From: Eledone cirrhosa
Taxonomy: Eukaryota
Reading direction: 5' to 3'
Assembly: GCA_964016885.1 (NCBI GenBank)
Contig: OZ024741.1
Coordinates: 238,266,001 to 238,330,000, forward strand
DNA: 64,000 nt
The notes beneath the pieces are model-generated. The model saw only the letters and a program-made list of their open reading frames with translations, did not search any database and was not told the origin of the DNA. Shown piece by piece: positions 25,735-38,490 of this stretch. Made by a program: the position numbers and the translations under genes. Positions within the stretch are counted from its first letter, which is position 1. Each line of letters begins with the position of its first letter.

Positions 25735-28137
25735 CTGTGGAACTGGAGGAAGTCTCCTTTGTGTTGTTGAGAATTTCCACTCATCTGGTAACTGTTCCAT
25801 CTCTGGATAAAACTGACTTTTAGATTTTATTGTCTGGAGATTTCTAGCAAATATATCTTCTGCATTTCTGGTTATTGCAACAGGATTGTTAGTCTGATAC
25901 AGTAATTGTCTCATCTCAGTTTGAGACAGAAAGTTTGGATTATCTGCTGTTGTAGGTGAGTTATTGGTGTGATTAATACATCTGAAAACACACAGTGTTA
26001 TTGACACTACAATAGCCACAGATATTATTACAGCTGCTGCTACAATGATAATTACCCAAGTCATATTGAGGTCATTACCAGACTGTAAGTGGACAGCATT
26101 CAACATTGGAGATGTATCATTACTAACAAACAGTGTTAGTATGATAACAGTTGTTGCTGATTGAACTGGAGTACCACCATCTTTCACTATGAACTGTAGG
26201 TCGTATGTTCCTGCATCATTTTGGTAAACTGTCCGAGAGAAAGATAAGACACCAGTATGGGAGTTGACTGTAAACAGGTTTTTATCATTAGATCTCAGTA
26301 TTCCATATGTGAGGAAAGCATTGTTTCCAGTGTCTTTGTCAGAGGCTTTCAGAATTGTGATGTCTTTCTTACTGTGTGGATGGTAGTGGACATCTAGATT
26401 GTAAGGGTCATTAATAGGAAAGGTAAAATAGGGAGCATTATCATTTTTATCTAGAATCTCAATAACAATATTGGCAGTGTCATTCAGAGAAGGTGTTCCA
26501 TTATCTTTGACTAAAACCTGGAATTTATAGATGTCTTTTACTTCCCGATCTATTGATTGTGATGTAGAAATAAATCCATATTTTGTAAGTTGGAAAGGAA
26601 TGTTATCATTGTTGTTATCATTGATGATAGAATATGTAAGTTGACCTCCATCTCCAAGATCAGGGTCTGTAGCATTGATGAAGCCAATAGGGAAATCAAC
26701 TTTCTGGTTTTCATAGGTGAGGAATTGGAATGTATCTTTGGTAAAATGTGGCTGTACATCATTGACATCAGTTACTTTGACAGAGAAATATTTCTTAGTT
26801 TCTAGTTGAGGTGATCCCATGTCGTGACATACAATAGATACTTTATAGTGGTCCTTTATTTCTCTATCAAGATGTCCCTTAACAATCATTTTATATTCTT
26901 TAGAATCTATTTTGGCAAGTTTAAAAGTATCATGTTTTAAATCACAGCTAACCTCACCATTAGGTCCAACATCAGTGTCAGTGACCATAACATAAGCTAT
27001 AAAACTACCAATTTTACTTGTTTCTGAAACTGCTGTGGAACTTTCTGTTAAAGGTGACACAAAATTAATATCTATTATGGGCTTATTATTTTTATTGTTA
27101 AATACATTGATATATACAACTGCCATAGAAGTTAAAGGAGGTTTTCCTTTGTCTTTAACTTCAATATAAAGTTCAAAGGCTTCTTTTTTATCAAAGTTAA
27201 AATCATTTTTAAAATAAACCTTACCATTTTCTCTGTTAATTCTAAAACTTTGTGATGTTGATACTGATGTTTTAGGGTGAATGTGGTAAAATATTTTCCC
27301 ATTGTCTCCAGAATCTAAGTCTTTTGCTGACACTGTAACTATAGGATCATTTCTATTATGTTTTGAAAATAGAGTGATATTGTAAATATTCTGTGTAAAC
27401 ACTGGCTTGTTGTCATTGAAATCTGTTACTGAAATTTTGATTTTTAAAACACCTTCTCTTGGTGGTGTACCTCCATCTTTGGCAACAAGACTTAACATAT
27501 AATCCTCTTTTTTCTCTCTATCTAAACTTCCTTCTAATATTATTTCAGGTGTTGATATGCCACCAAACTCTTCTAATACTCTAAATGAAAATGGTTCATC
27601 AGCATCCTTTTGTAAATGGTATGTTATTTGAGAATTGAGGTGACTAACATCTTTGTCAATGGCATTTGGCATTCTTGTTGATGTTCCATCTTTGTCATTT
27701 TCATGAAATTGAATTTGGACCAAATTTTCAGGAAACTTTGGTGAATGGTCATTAATATCAGTTATTAATATTTTGATCTTCATTATCTTCATAAATATTT
27801 CCTCTTTCCTCACTGCTACTTTAACAATTCTGGAACATTCCTTGTTATATGTACACAGTGATTCAGCATCCAGTGTCTGTGTAGTGTATAGTTTTCCTGT
27901 GTTGCTGACATTGAATAAGTGAGAACCACTTGACACTGTCCTTTGTAGTTGTGTAAATGTAATGAGAGTGTGTTGTTGATGTGTAAGAGAGTTTGTTAAG
28001 TTAGAATCAACAGCAATGTCTCCTATATAGGTGTGAGGACTGTCTTCTTCATTGACATGGTAAGTAATGTCAGCAGACACTATAACAGACTGTTGTAGAT
28101 ATAGTAAATACACAAGGTAAATGATATTTCCACTCAT
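25735..28137 (-). CDS. Protocadherin D large exon
   Basis: Six cadherin repeats plus TM; 2403 nt; donor ccacag|gtaaat; acceptor AG at 28176-28177. Confidence 0.97.
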
Positions 28138-29047
28138 GTTTGTATTTTTTCATTACTCTTTAATATTGAATATCTCTACAAAAATAAAAAAGAAATGTGA
28201 ATATTACTGACACATGTGAACAAACAAAATAAAACTATGTAACTGATGGATGATTTCACTATTATGAAACTAGCTTGGTGAAGATATTCATTTTTAACTG
28301 AACCACCCTTTTCTGGGTGTTTAATTCCCTCTAATATAACTAGATGTGGAAAGGTGTTATGAAGGCAGAAATTTCAAGATTGATGCCAGTTGTTACGAGT
28401 AAATTAGAGTTATTACCCTTACAGAAATTCATGGGAGCTGGTGAAGCCCATCCCTCTACAGGTCTGAACACAGCTGATTTCTTCCAGAGAAAATAAGAGT
28501 GAGAAAGAAGTAACAAAAAAGAATTGATCTCAGTACTACACAGGTACTTTTTTATCAACCTCGAAAGGATGAAAGTTAATATCTACCAAAGCATTCTTCC
28601 CAACGTTCTAATGATTCTATCAATTTGCTGCTCCTATGAGAACCATACTTTACAAAAATGCTTACTTTCATTGTTCCAATTTAACATAAGTTGGAGATTT
28701 GTACACGTCATTCAAGATATTTTATTTGTATACATACATTCTATTTGAATTAAAGCCTTTATGTCACATAACTGTCTGGAATCATCGGAGTATACACAAT
28801 GTTTAAACAAGTAATTACATTCCTAATCTTTAGAACATTCATTAAGATACATTATTATTAACAGTGTCAGTGACATCATATTGAAAAACAAGAGTAATAA
28901 AATGATATTACAGTGAAAAGATAGCAAAATATTGGAAGCTGTTATAAACTATATACATATATATATAGTTTAGGGATTGTAATGTCAAGTTACTGTAGGT
29001 TCACCAAAGTCTCCAGTATGTATTTTGGGGTTGTACTAAGCAGAGTG

Positions 29048-29250
29048 TAATAATAATAATAATAACTGTTTCTACTTTTGGCACAAGGTCAGCAATTATC
29101 CCAGTGCATTACCGGTACTTTATTTTATCGACCCCGTAAGGATGAAAGGCAAAGTTAACCGTAGCGGGATTTGAACTCAGATCATAAAGGGAGGTAACTC
29201 TATGCTTCAAAGCATGGCGTCCGACCCTCTACCGGTACTGCCAATCCACC
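29048..29250 (-). mobile_element. Full-length tRNA-derived SINE
   Basis: Head ggtggattggcagtaccggtag, B-box gagttcaaatcc, core gcctttcatccttacggggtcgataaaataaagtacc, simple-repeat tail. Confidence 0.9.
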
Positions 29251-29324
29251 TAGTAATAATCAAAATTTCATTACATTTATTCAGGTGTCTAAATAAATAT
29301 AATGAAAATTTGACACCTCCACCA

Positions 29325-29490
29325 TATCGGTAGAGGGTCAGACGCCATGCTTTGCAGCATGGAGTTAACTCCTTTATGGCTTGAGTTCAAATCCTGCCAA
29401 GGTTAACTTTGCCTTTCATCCTTATGAGGTGGATAAAATAAAGTACTGGGATAATTGCTGGCCTTGTGCCTAAAGTAGAAACAATTATTA
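29325..29490 (+). mobile_element. SINE of the same family, inverted relative to 29048-29250
   Basis: Same B-box, core and tail on the + strand. Confidence 0.88.
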
Positions 29491-30372
29491 ATATTATGAT
29501 TATTATATATATATATATATATATGATAAACTTAGGAAAATTAAAAGAGAGGACAAGACAACGAATGAAAACTAGGCAAAACAAAAATACAAATGAAAGA
29601 CACAGAACTCCAGGGTCATCGGCCATTGTGATGGACTTCAGCAGTTTCGACTCCTACCAACTGTACTGTTGATCCACCAAGAGTCACAGTGTCTGACACA
29701 AGCAAAACACTGTCCAGTGTAGTAAGAGACGAGAGACAAAACATCAATTTATAGCAATTAAGCTCTAACAAGTACACATAGGATTATATGTGACATCAGG
29801 GAAAAATGGGGTGCTTCTTATAGCACGAAAGTCTCAGAAATGAAACAAAAAGCAAGAAGAAAGTAAGATATCGAGTTTAAATTAAGGGGGAGAAGAGATA
29901 ACACGTTCATCACAGATTATTAATGAAAACAGGCAAAACGAAAAAAAAAAATTTTTTACGGGAACCTTAAAAAATTGTTTTTTTAGAAAAATAAAAATAC
30001 AAATGACAAAAGATACATGTGTGGTTTTTGCTGTTATGAAAATTTCATCCATCAAAAAATTTTTTTACTACTATTAATATTACTGAAAATGTTGATAATG
30101 GTGGATCTCTCTATCCTCAACTACCTTACTCCATGCATATATACATACAGCTATATAATCCTTATCATCATCATCATTTAATATATGTCTAACCCATACA
30201 AGCATGAGAAATAGACGTAAAACAGTGATGATGGTGAAGATTATATATATATATATACACACAACATGGCAGGCATTTTAGATATTATTCTAAACCTGAC
30301 TTTCACTATAAACATAGATAAAACAAATTTTATAATGAATATACTAAGAGTAACAAAGGAAGAGACACTTAC

Positions 30373-30795
30373 CAGCATTGTTCACTTCTCCACCGTAGTA
30401 GTATGTGATGGATGATGTGTATCCTGCTGTAGTGTTCCACTGTAACTGCTGCTATTGTAGTGGTGTTCCTGTGATACTGCTGCTACTGTAGTAGTGTTAT
30501 GGTGTTGGTGTTGGTGAAATGTTATTCTGGTTTAGTTGCTGCTTCAGAAATGTTCTAGTGTAAACTCCACAGTAGCTGTGTTACAGTCTAGCTGCTGGTG
30601 TATCATTGTTCCAGGGTTAGTACTGCAGCTGTAGTAGTGTGGCACTGCATTTGCCGATGTAGGAGTCTGACAGGGGGTGTATGTAATGGAAAGTGAGATG
30701 CTAGCCAGATGGTGGTGGGGTGATAGTTATAACACTGTCTTCCTCACACACAATAGTGTGTATCAGGAACAAAGAAAAAAGCTATCAGCCTCACT
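30373..30795 (-). other. Upstream (5' leader) exon of PCDH D; 5' boundary approximate
   Basis: Donor aacaATGctg|gtaagt. Confidence 0.7.
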
Positions 30796-30828
30796 TTGAA
30801 TATTGAAAAAAATGTTGCTTGTGTCATG
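30758..30828 (-). promoter_or_regulatory. Promoter-like block of PCDH D lacking the TATA/CCAAT segment
   Basis: Conserved core present, but tattgaaa is joined almost directly to aatgttgcttgtgtca. Confidence 0.55.
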
Positions 30829-31442
30829 CAAATACAGGAAATAATAGAATTCATTCTAAACAGAAAAATACAATATGTTTCTGGTTTATCACTTCATGTT
30901 GTAAACAGTGTATATATACATATGTGTGTATATATGCATGACATAAATCCCCTCTGCACACTTGCTAAATATTGGCTTTCTTTTTCTTTTAATGTAATTT
31001 CATGAGATAATAATCGTTTAATGAGTGTATCTAATATTTCTTGTTATTTTATGAACAACTGGATCATTCTATAGAAATTATGGAGAGATGTACTAAAATT
31101 ATGTTGTGATTAACATTATCAATTATTATCTGATATTGTGGGAAATTTCTGAGTCAAAGTAAAAATAAAAAAAAAAATAACAGGAAATAAATATAAAAAC
31201 CAGACAATTAAATTGAGTGTTAATAAAAAAACAAAAAATAATGAAGCGAGGGTATTTTGAATAATGATGATACAGATATTTTATCTGAGATGTAATTTAG
31301 GGGTCATAATACATATCATAAATATGCCTTTTATGTGGGATATTTGAAAGAAATACAGAGCTGAGATTTAGATATCAATATACAATATTCTATAACATTT
31401 GGTGTGTGAGAGAATCATTTAACAATAGTGATGGGACATCTA

Positions 31443-31522
31443 CTATGTTGGCTGTGGGTAGGTATCTTGTACTTGTTGTCCCTTTTGTATTGTGGCTGGA
31501 ACTGGATTGTCATTGGTATATT
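31443..31522 (-). CDS. Orphan terminal exon (locus E)
   Basis: Open 80-nt frame ...QDTYPQPT*; intact acceptor. Confidence 0.6.
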
Positions 31523-31681
31523 CTAGAAAATATATAATATAGACACAGAAATTATATTTCAATATAACAACCCTGTCAAGATATAAACATTGATGTTATA
31601 TTACACTAAACATAACATTACATATTGCCTTACAGTAATAAAGAGAATTATATTTCTATGTTATGTTTAGATGAAAGTTAC

Positions 31682-31829
31682 CTGGTTGTGAAGGTATCTC
31701 TTCATATGGTTTAGTCTTGCCAATACTCTTGTAACCTTCTCTGCTTTTTTGTGATGTTAAGGTGTCACTGTTGTAGTTAGACAAGCTGAGACTGGTGCGA
31801 CCTTCATGACTATGGATTGAATCACATCT
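31682..31829 (-). CDS. Orphan cytoplasmic exon 2 (locus E)
   Basis: 148 nt, intact splice sites, ...KPYEEIPSQP. Confidence 0.65.
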
Positions 31830-33017
31830 CTGGATTATAAACAAGGAAAGAAATGTGATGCTAAATCATAATAGCAGTACAAGATTATAGTTCTATATAT
31901 TTCCTGTAATTTCATATTCTTAGGTTATACATTATATTCCCAATTTCGAATTCATGATATATTATATCTATTAATATGTGTGTGTGTCATCCTCATCACT
32001 TAATGTTTTCATGCTTGCATGGATTAGGTGGGTTGTCACGTTATGAAACAAGTCTGGTCAGGTGACGTCTTGCTCATATGGATCTGTATTTTGGCTTGGT
32101 TTCTATGGTGGGAAGCCCTTCCTAATGCCAACCACATTACAGGATGGACTGGATAATTTTTATCATGGCACCAAAACAACCATCTAATTGGGTGCTTTTC
32201 CATCGTGTCATCTACACGTCTACCTTACAAGGTGGATAGGGTATTCTTTGTTATGCCACCAGCACAACTACTGGGTGCTTTGTTTTTGTCATGTCACTAA
32301 TACAACCCCTTACAGGGTGGACTGAGAGCCTCTTGTGTCACCAGCATGACCATCTTACAGGATAAACAGCGAGCCTCTTGTTGTGGCACAAGATCACCAT
32401 AGAAGGTGCATATATATATATATATTATATGTAAATAAACAATCTAAATTCGGAGGTGTTGTGCAAGTTACACATTTCTGAAAATTAAGGTAACTTAAAG
32501 TAAAGCTAGCAGCTACAACAATGTTGCTTTTTTCTCATTGATATATATATGTGTGTGTGTGTGAAAATGACGATATTCTCATTTATAGAAGATTAGTTAA
32601 TAAGGATAAAACTTTGCAGGAAAATTATGAATTCTTAATATACATAGAAATAGAGCACAACTAATGATGACTAAAGATCAGGAGAATCAAAAGTGTTAAA
32701 CAGTTTTATCTGTTAGTTGACATTGTATATAAGTTGGATGAACAAACTTTTTGAAGTACAATAGTCTTTCATGAATGAATGAATAAATAGATCTTCAAAT
32801 AGATTTTAGGTAAACTCATGGTCTTGGACCATGAAAACCTGTCCAATCCATGCCAGCTTGCAAAGTGGGTGCAAAAACAATGATCATCATGATGAGATTT
32901 TGTAAAAGATTTCCCGAAAAACATAAAAAAAAATATTTCATATAAAGAAACTGATATTGATATTTAATAGTAATATTTATGCAGTTGTATCAATGGAGTA
33001 TTTGAAATAATACTTAC

Positions 33018-33205
33018 CTGAGGAACTATATTTTGAAAGTTGTTATCATTGATGAAGTCAATAGGGAAGTCAACTTTCTGGTTTTCATAGGTGAGGAATT
33101 GGAATGTATCTAAGGTAAAAAGTGGCTATACATCATTGTCATCAGTTATTTTGACAGAGAATTGTTTTTTAGTCATTAACTGAGATGATCGTGTAATGAC
33201 ACTAA
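33018..33205 (-). pseudogene. Collapsed remnant of a PCDH large exon (pseudogene E)
   Basis: EC4/EC5 junction sequence (DTFQFLTYENQKVDFPI) fused by deletions to the last ~10 nt of the exon and its donor cctcag|gtaagt. Confidence 0.88.
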
Positions 33206-33839
33206 ATTCAGACATTGTCATGGAACTGACCAGCCATAGGCATAGACCTTCACCCTCTCTCCTTCATCCTCCCTTTCTTCTGTGGTCTTTTCCTCTCTTT
33301 TATGGCATTTATAGTTCTTTCCTCTACAACCAGATCTGCCCTTCTTTATCCCTTTCCCCCTCTTTTCATTACTTAATTTTGTTTTTATCTTTCTTTTTTC
33401 ATATTTCCATCATTGTATAACTTCTTTTTGTAAAATATGTTTATGTATATTTGAAAAATATCAGTGAAAAAACGTTTCTTTGATATGTCACTTTAATATA
33501 GATTTTGCAACTGATGATATTTCCATCTACAGTTTAGGATAGACACAGTATCCCTACGAACCATAAAAAGTGACTAAGGTTGGTGTCAGGATGGGTTGTA
33601 AAACGCTGCCCCAAAAAGTTCTGACCCTTCAATGCTAGTACAGAAAAGTCAACATAAAATTGTTGATGAATAACTTGAGAGATAAATACCTAACACAGGC
33701 AGACATTAATATTTATAATGCTCTTTTTGAAACTGACTTAGGTCCTCCTGATACTTTAGGTACATCAGACAACATTCAGCCATTTGAAATAATTAGTTGC
33801 TGTTTTTTTTCTGAATCTCTGACATTCAGTAGGTCCTCC

Positions 33840-34690
33840 TGGAATATTCTGTGACAGGCCTCTTTGGATCTTCTTTTTTTTTTGTTTACTCTTTGCTAGG
33901 GTTCAGCAAGTTATCAACTTTGCCTACCTGGTGTTAGTGTTGTGGATAACCAACTCGAAGCAGTGTTTTGCCACAATACACCACAATGGTTGAGAAATGG
34001 GCTTTGGGAGATTTCTTTGTCCAATATATGATCACACCAAAGGTGTCAGACAACATTCTTTGCTGCATTTAGTTATGGCTTTTTACGTACTGAATTCAAA
34101 TCCTGTCATGGTCAACTTTGCCTTTCATCCTTCCGGGGTTGATAAAATAAAGTACCAGTCAAGTACTGGGGACAATATAACTGACTTAACTCTACCCAAA
34201 ATTACTGGCCTTATACCTAAATCAGAAACCATTATATGGTCACACCAAGTGACTTTGTGAATTTTGCTTTGGCACCATTGATGGAAAACATCAAGTTTCT
34301 TTCCAACTTTTGTTGTCATCCTCCATGTCTCACTTCTATATAATGCTGTTAGTATGATGGTGTTGTACAGGCATATCTTCATGGCAGTGCTGAGTGTTGT
34401 TGTTTTCCAGATGAGTCTTTTTTGTTGGAAGATTGCAGTTGCTCTTCCATTTCTATATTTTATGTCAGCTTTCATGTTTCCATCATTGTTAATTACACAA
34501 CCTAAGTATGTAAAATTTGTGACATTTTCCATTCTTTCTTCTTCTATGTTGATAAGGTGTAGGGAGTCGCTGTTGAATTGCATGTTTGATTTTCACATAA
34601 TCCTTAGTTCAATATTTTTTGTGATAGTTCTTAGAGTCCCGTTTTTTCTGACAACAGTGCAATATCATCTGCAAAGTTAAGATCTTTGGA
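33840..34690 (-). mobile_element. Degenerate RTE-like LINE of a second family, interrupted by a SINE
   Basis: DLNFADDIA at ~34657-34684; FTYLG and SETW motifs. Confidence 0.75.
34075..34232 (+). mobile_element. tRNA-derived SINE nested in the LINE
   Basis: gaattcaaatcc...gcctttcatccttccggggttgataaaataaagtaccag. Confidence 0.8.
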
Positions 34691-35097
34691 ACGGTATTTT
34701 GTTTAAGGTTTTCTGACCAATGTAAAGTGCTGAATTTCTGAAAAAAAGACCAGAAAATGATACATGAATTTCTATATCAAATTTTGGTAAATTACAAATA
34801 TTCTCTATTTCAAGTATTTTGTTAAAAACATATGCACACACTATTAGGTATCCATTTTTCTCTCAGTATATACATTTCTCTTTTTCAACTGCTTTTCTCA
34901 CTAGGAGGAGAATAATTGGTAATTGTAGGGGAAGGCACAAAAAAAATGCATTTAAATCTTTTTTTAAATGTTGCAATTTCCTGACTGAGAATTCGAACCG
35001 GTTTCAGTTTCTGTAATACGATTCAAATTTGCGAAGAGTTACTTCCCTTGCAATATGTCACAATGCAGCGTTCCTTAACGCTCAATCAATCATTGAA

Positions 35098-35158
35098 CGT
35101 GAAATTATTTATGGCCAGTAAAAGTTCGTGAAATTATTTATGGCCAGTAAAAGTTCGT
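35098..35158. repeat. Perfect 29-bp tandem duplication
   Basis: cgtgaaattatttatggccagtaaaagtt x2. Confidence 0.9.
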
Positions 35159-35298
35159 CTAATTGGTTTGTAGACAAGTGTCAAATTCTATATTCTTCCA
35201 GGAATATTTTTCGAAAATATTTACAATATATACATTTTGTTACTTACATGAGATTTTTACCTATTGGATATTTTTTACGCATGAAGATACTTGGTAAG

Positions 35299-35490
35299 TA
35301 ATAATTGTTTCTACTTTTGGCACAAGGCCAGCAAATTAACCAGTGCATTACTGGTACTTTATTTTATCGACCCCGTAAGGATGAAAGGCAAAGTTAACCT
35401 CGGCGGGATTTGAACTCAGATTGGAAAGGGCTGTAACTCTATGCATCAAAGCATGGCGTCCGACCTTCTACCGATACTGCCAATCCACCA
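35299..35490 (-). mobile_element. Full-length tRNA-derived SINE
   Basis: Same family as 29048-29250. Confidence 0.9.
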
Positions 35491-36604
35491 CCAATACTTT
35501 CTATAAACACTAACACGAAGTGATTCAAAATAAAGGCCGTATATGCCACATTTACTGTTTAAAGACTAACACCGATACTTGTGGTGTAATCAGTTTAAAT
35601 ACTAACAACCATACTAAATGTATAAACATATTTTATGTGTCTCTCTATTTTGGTAAATTACAATTTAAGAAAAAAAATATTGACTAAATAATGTTTTGTT
35701 AATTTTTAACATTGATAAAAAAGTTTTTATTTATAATTTTTATTTTAAAAAAAACCATTTTCATTATGTTCTAAAAAGAAATTAGTCACTAAATTTTACA
35801 TTTTATATTCAATTCTTCCAATTTTCAGTGTCGTCTGCTTCAATTTTTTCAGGTTTCTTTATTTTCTTCTTTTGTTTAAAACGTTCGGTATATTGGAGAA
35901 GCATATTTCTTAATCATTTCTTTTGTAACATCGTAGTCTATGTTCAATTGGACCATAATTTGGAAACACACGAGAAAAAGACAAATATTTACAATTGTTT
36001 TTTTTTTTTCACCAAAATGTAAGGTTCAATTTAAGAATTCACGTTGAAGCAATTTCACAGAAATACATTGTTTTATATATAATGTCAATTTAGTATCGTA
36101 GTATGCATATTCTTCTCAGTATAGCATTCTCCGTGTAACAAAATAAAGTTTCTGAAAATTCACATGAACAGTCGCCATTATTTAACAAGGGTGCTTAAAG
36201 AGGGTGTCAAGTTTGCAATGGGATGAAACCTTATCAATGTATAGAAAGCTATTAAAAGTACTGTAATGGTGTTATTGATATATTAAAATATGCCCTCATA
36301 TTTCTTCACTACATGCTTGTGAAATGTGTTCACTATAATCTCTAACATTGTAATCTATTAGTGTCCTGATTATCTCTGGATCGGTAGGATGGGTTTCACT
36401 GCAATATTTATACTTCATAACAAGACGAATAAATTCGCTCGTTTGCTGAATGATGTATTACATAATTATTCTCGAATATATATTTTTCTGATATAAAAAT
36501 GTCCTCTGTCACTTAATATCTTTTCCTTCGGTTCACAAGTACTTTTCATAGCTCCCCTCCTAAAAATTTTCTATATTCTAAACAGATTACATCTCTCTCT
36601 CTCT

Positions 36605-36676
<72 letters not shown>

Positions 36677-36721
36677 GAGAGTAAAACAAAGAAGCCTTCA
36701 ATACATCAAAAGTCTTTATTA

Positions 36722-36759
36722 GCCGACAATGTTTCGTCCTATTAAGGACTCATCAGGGC
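36722..36759 (-). ncRNA. Type I hammerhead ribozyme motif in a Penelope-like terminal remnant
   Basis: gcc-CTGATGA-gtcct-taat-aggac-GAAA-c-att-GTC-ggc; followed by AATAAA and a long (TA)n. Confidence 0.8.
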
Positions 36760-37093
36760 AATTAAAACAACAAGAAGTAATATCGGCAGATGATGGCTAG
36801 ACATTGTAGCTGTTGAGTATGAAGAATGAAAATATAGCAAGACTCCCTTTTATGTTTCTAATGAAAGTTTTTACAGAAAATTATGCTAGAAATTTTATTT
36901 AAAGATAAATTATAACATTTAAAAATAACCAGGTGTGTATCAGAACTAGGGGCAATTTCAGGTGGTTTGATATTAAAAGGGTTAACTATTTCTTTTTTTT
37001 TTTTGTAGATTGTAGATATTGGCATAATTTATTTCTATAAATGACACTAAAAATATTTTAGTGTAAAGATTAAGGCCAAACTTTTACTTGCCA

Positions 37094-37466
37094 AGGCCTT
37101 CCCTAAAAGTTTTTAAAATAATTATACATGATTATTTTTTTATGTTAATGATAAAGAATAAATTATATATATATTTTTTGACACCTTCCAGATATTTATA
37201 ACTCCCTATATTTCAACAATGACAAAAGGTTTCACAACTACAACAGCAATTACACTGGATTTTTAGCAGTGCTGGACTTAGCTGTAAGGTATAACTTAGG
37301 GCCCACACCTTTGTGGGGCCTAATATTTTAAAATATATATTTATTTTATCATTAGTTTTTATTCTTTAACACTAAATTATCAAAAAATATATATATAATT
37401 TATTCTTTATCATTAACAAAAAAAATAATCATGTATAATTATTTTAAAAACTTTTAGGGAAGGCCT
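37094..37466. repeat. ~87-bp near-perfect inverted repeat (37094-37181 / 37380-37466)
   Basis: aggccttccctaaaagtttttaaaataattatacatgatt... and its reverse complement. Confidence 0.9.
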
Positions 37467-38490
37467 CGATACTTATATCCGAGCAGCAGCTGAGGAGATA
37501 TGCAACATCAGGTTTGACGACATTGGATGGCAACAGGCCACTTTACCTCTCAGGTATGGCAGCCTGGTCCCCGATCTCCGTGGCTTTGCCAGCGTTTCTT
37601 TCATCGGTAACCTCATCAGCAGAACCCTCTGTGTTCAGAGAACGTGAGGCCGCCTGTGAGACATGGGACCGGCTGGGACTTAGTCCAGTAGACGTCCCTT
37701 CTCCTCCTCCCTCTGCTGATGTCAATTCCCCCAAAGCACTTGGGATGCCATCCAGTGCAGCCTGGCTTCAGACAGGTTCATGCACCCGCTTGACCAACAC
37801 ACCCTTGCCTGTTTACGTGCGGCCTCCAAACCCCACAGTGGTGCCTGGCTCCATGCCCTGCCCTCCTTTTCCACTGGCATGCAGCTAGATAACAATAGCC
37901 TGTGCATCAGCGTTTCCTTGAGGCTCGGCCCTGGATCTGCGAGCCACACCAATGTCGCTATGGATCCACCGTGGACTCTTTCGGCCTCCACCCGCTTTCC
38001 TGTCGCCACAGTGCCGGCTGCCTTCCACGCCATACTGCCCTCAACGAGGTCATAAAGCATGGCTTGGACGCTGCAGGCTTCCCTTCCCAGCTCGAACCGA
38101 GGGGACGGCAAAAGGCCAGATGGCATGACCATCTTCCCGTTCCGCGGTGGCAAACCCCTCATTTGGGATGCCACTTGCACCGGCACTTTCTGCAGCCGCA
38201 ACCTGGTGCAGTCTGCGACTAACCCAGGTTCTGCTACATGTCGGGCTGAGGAGGCCAAACTCTTCAAATACCGGTCGCTCTCCGACAGGTTTACGGTTGT
38301 ACCCTTGACAGCGGAGACTTCTGGTGTCCTCGGCCCTAGGGCTACTTCCCTACTCACCACCATAGGCGCTGAGCTGGCCAGCTGCGGGTGTGAGCCCCGT
38401 AAGTAGGAGTGGCTCTTCCAGTGCGTCTCCCTTGCCATCCTCCGGGGTAACGCCTTCTCTATTCTGTCCGCCGGGGCTGTAGGGAGACAA
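37467..38490 (+). mobile_element. CRE-like non-LTR retrotransposon 3' fragment (zinc knuckle + restriction-like endonuclease), frameshifted
   Basis: SGAWLHALP, C-x-(C)...H...C, RH, DGKRPDG...WDATC, AEEAKLFKY, AETSG and SLAILRGNA motifs; GC-rich. Confidence 0.85.

Noticed and set aside
29165-29250. tRNA gene
   Set aside because: tRNA-like head is fused to a SINE core and tail and is multicopy; no complete cloverleaf
31443-31829. These exons as the sole tail exons of PCDH F
   Set aside because: F has its own phase-compatible homologous exons at 57909-58071 and 53354-53433
35098-35158. CRISPR-like repeat
   Set aside because: Two adjacent copies with no spacer, in a eukaryotic context
37722-38438. 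238-aa minus-strand ORF
   Set aside because: Antisense shadow of the GC-rich CRE-like element
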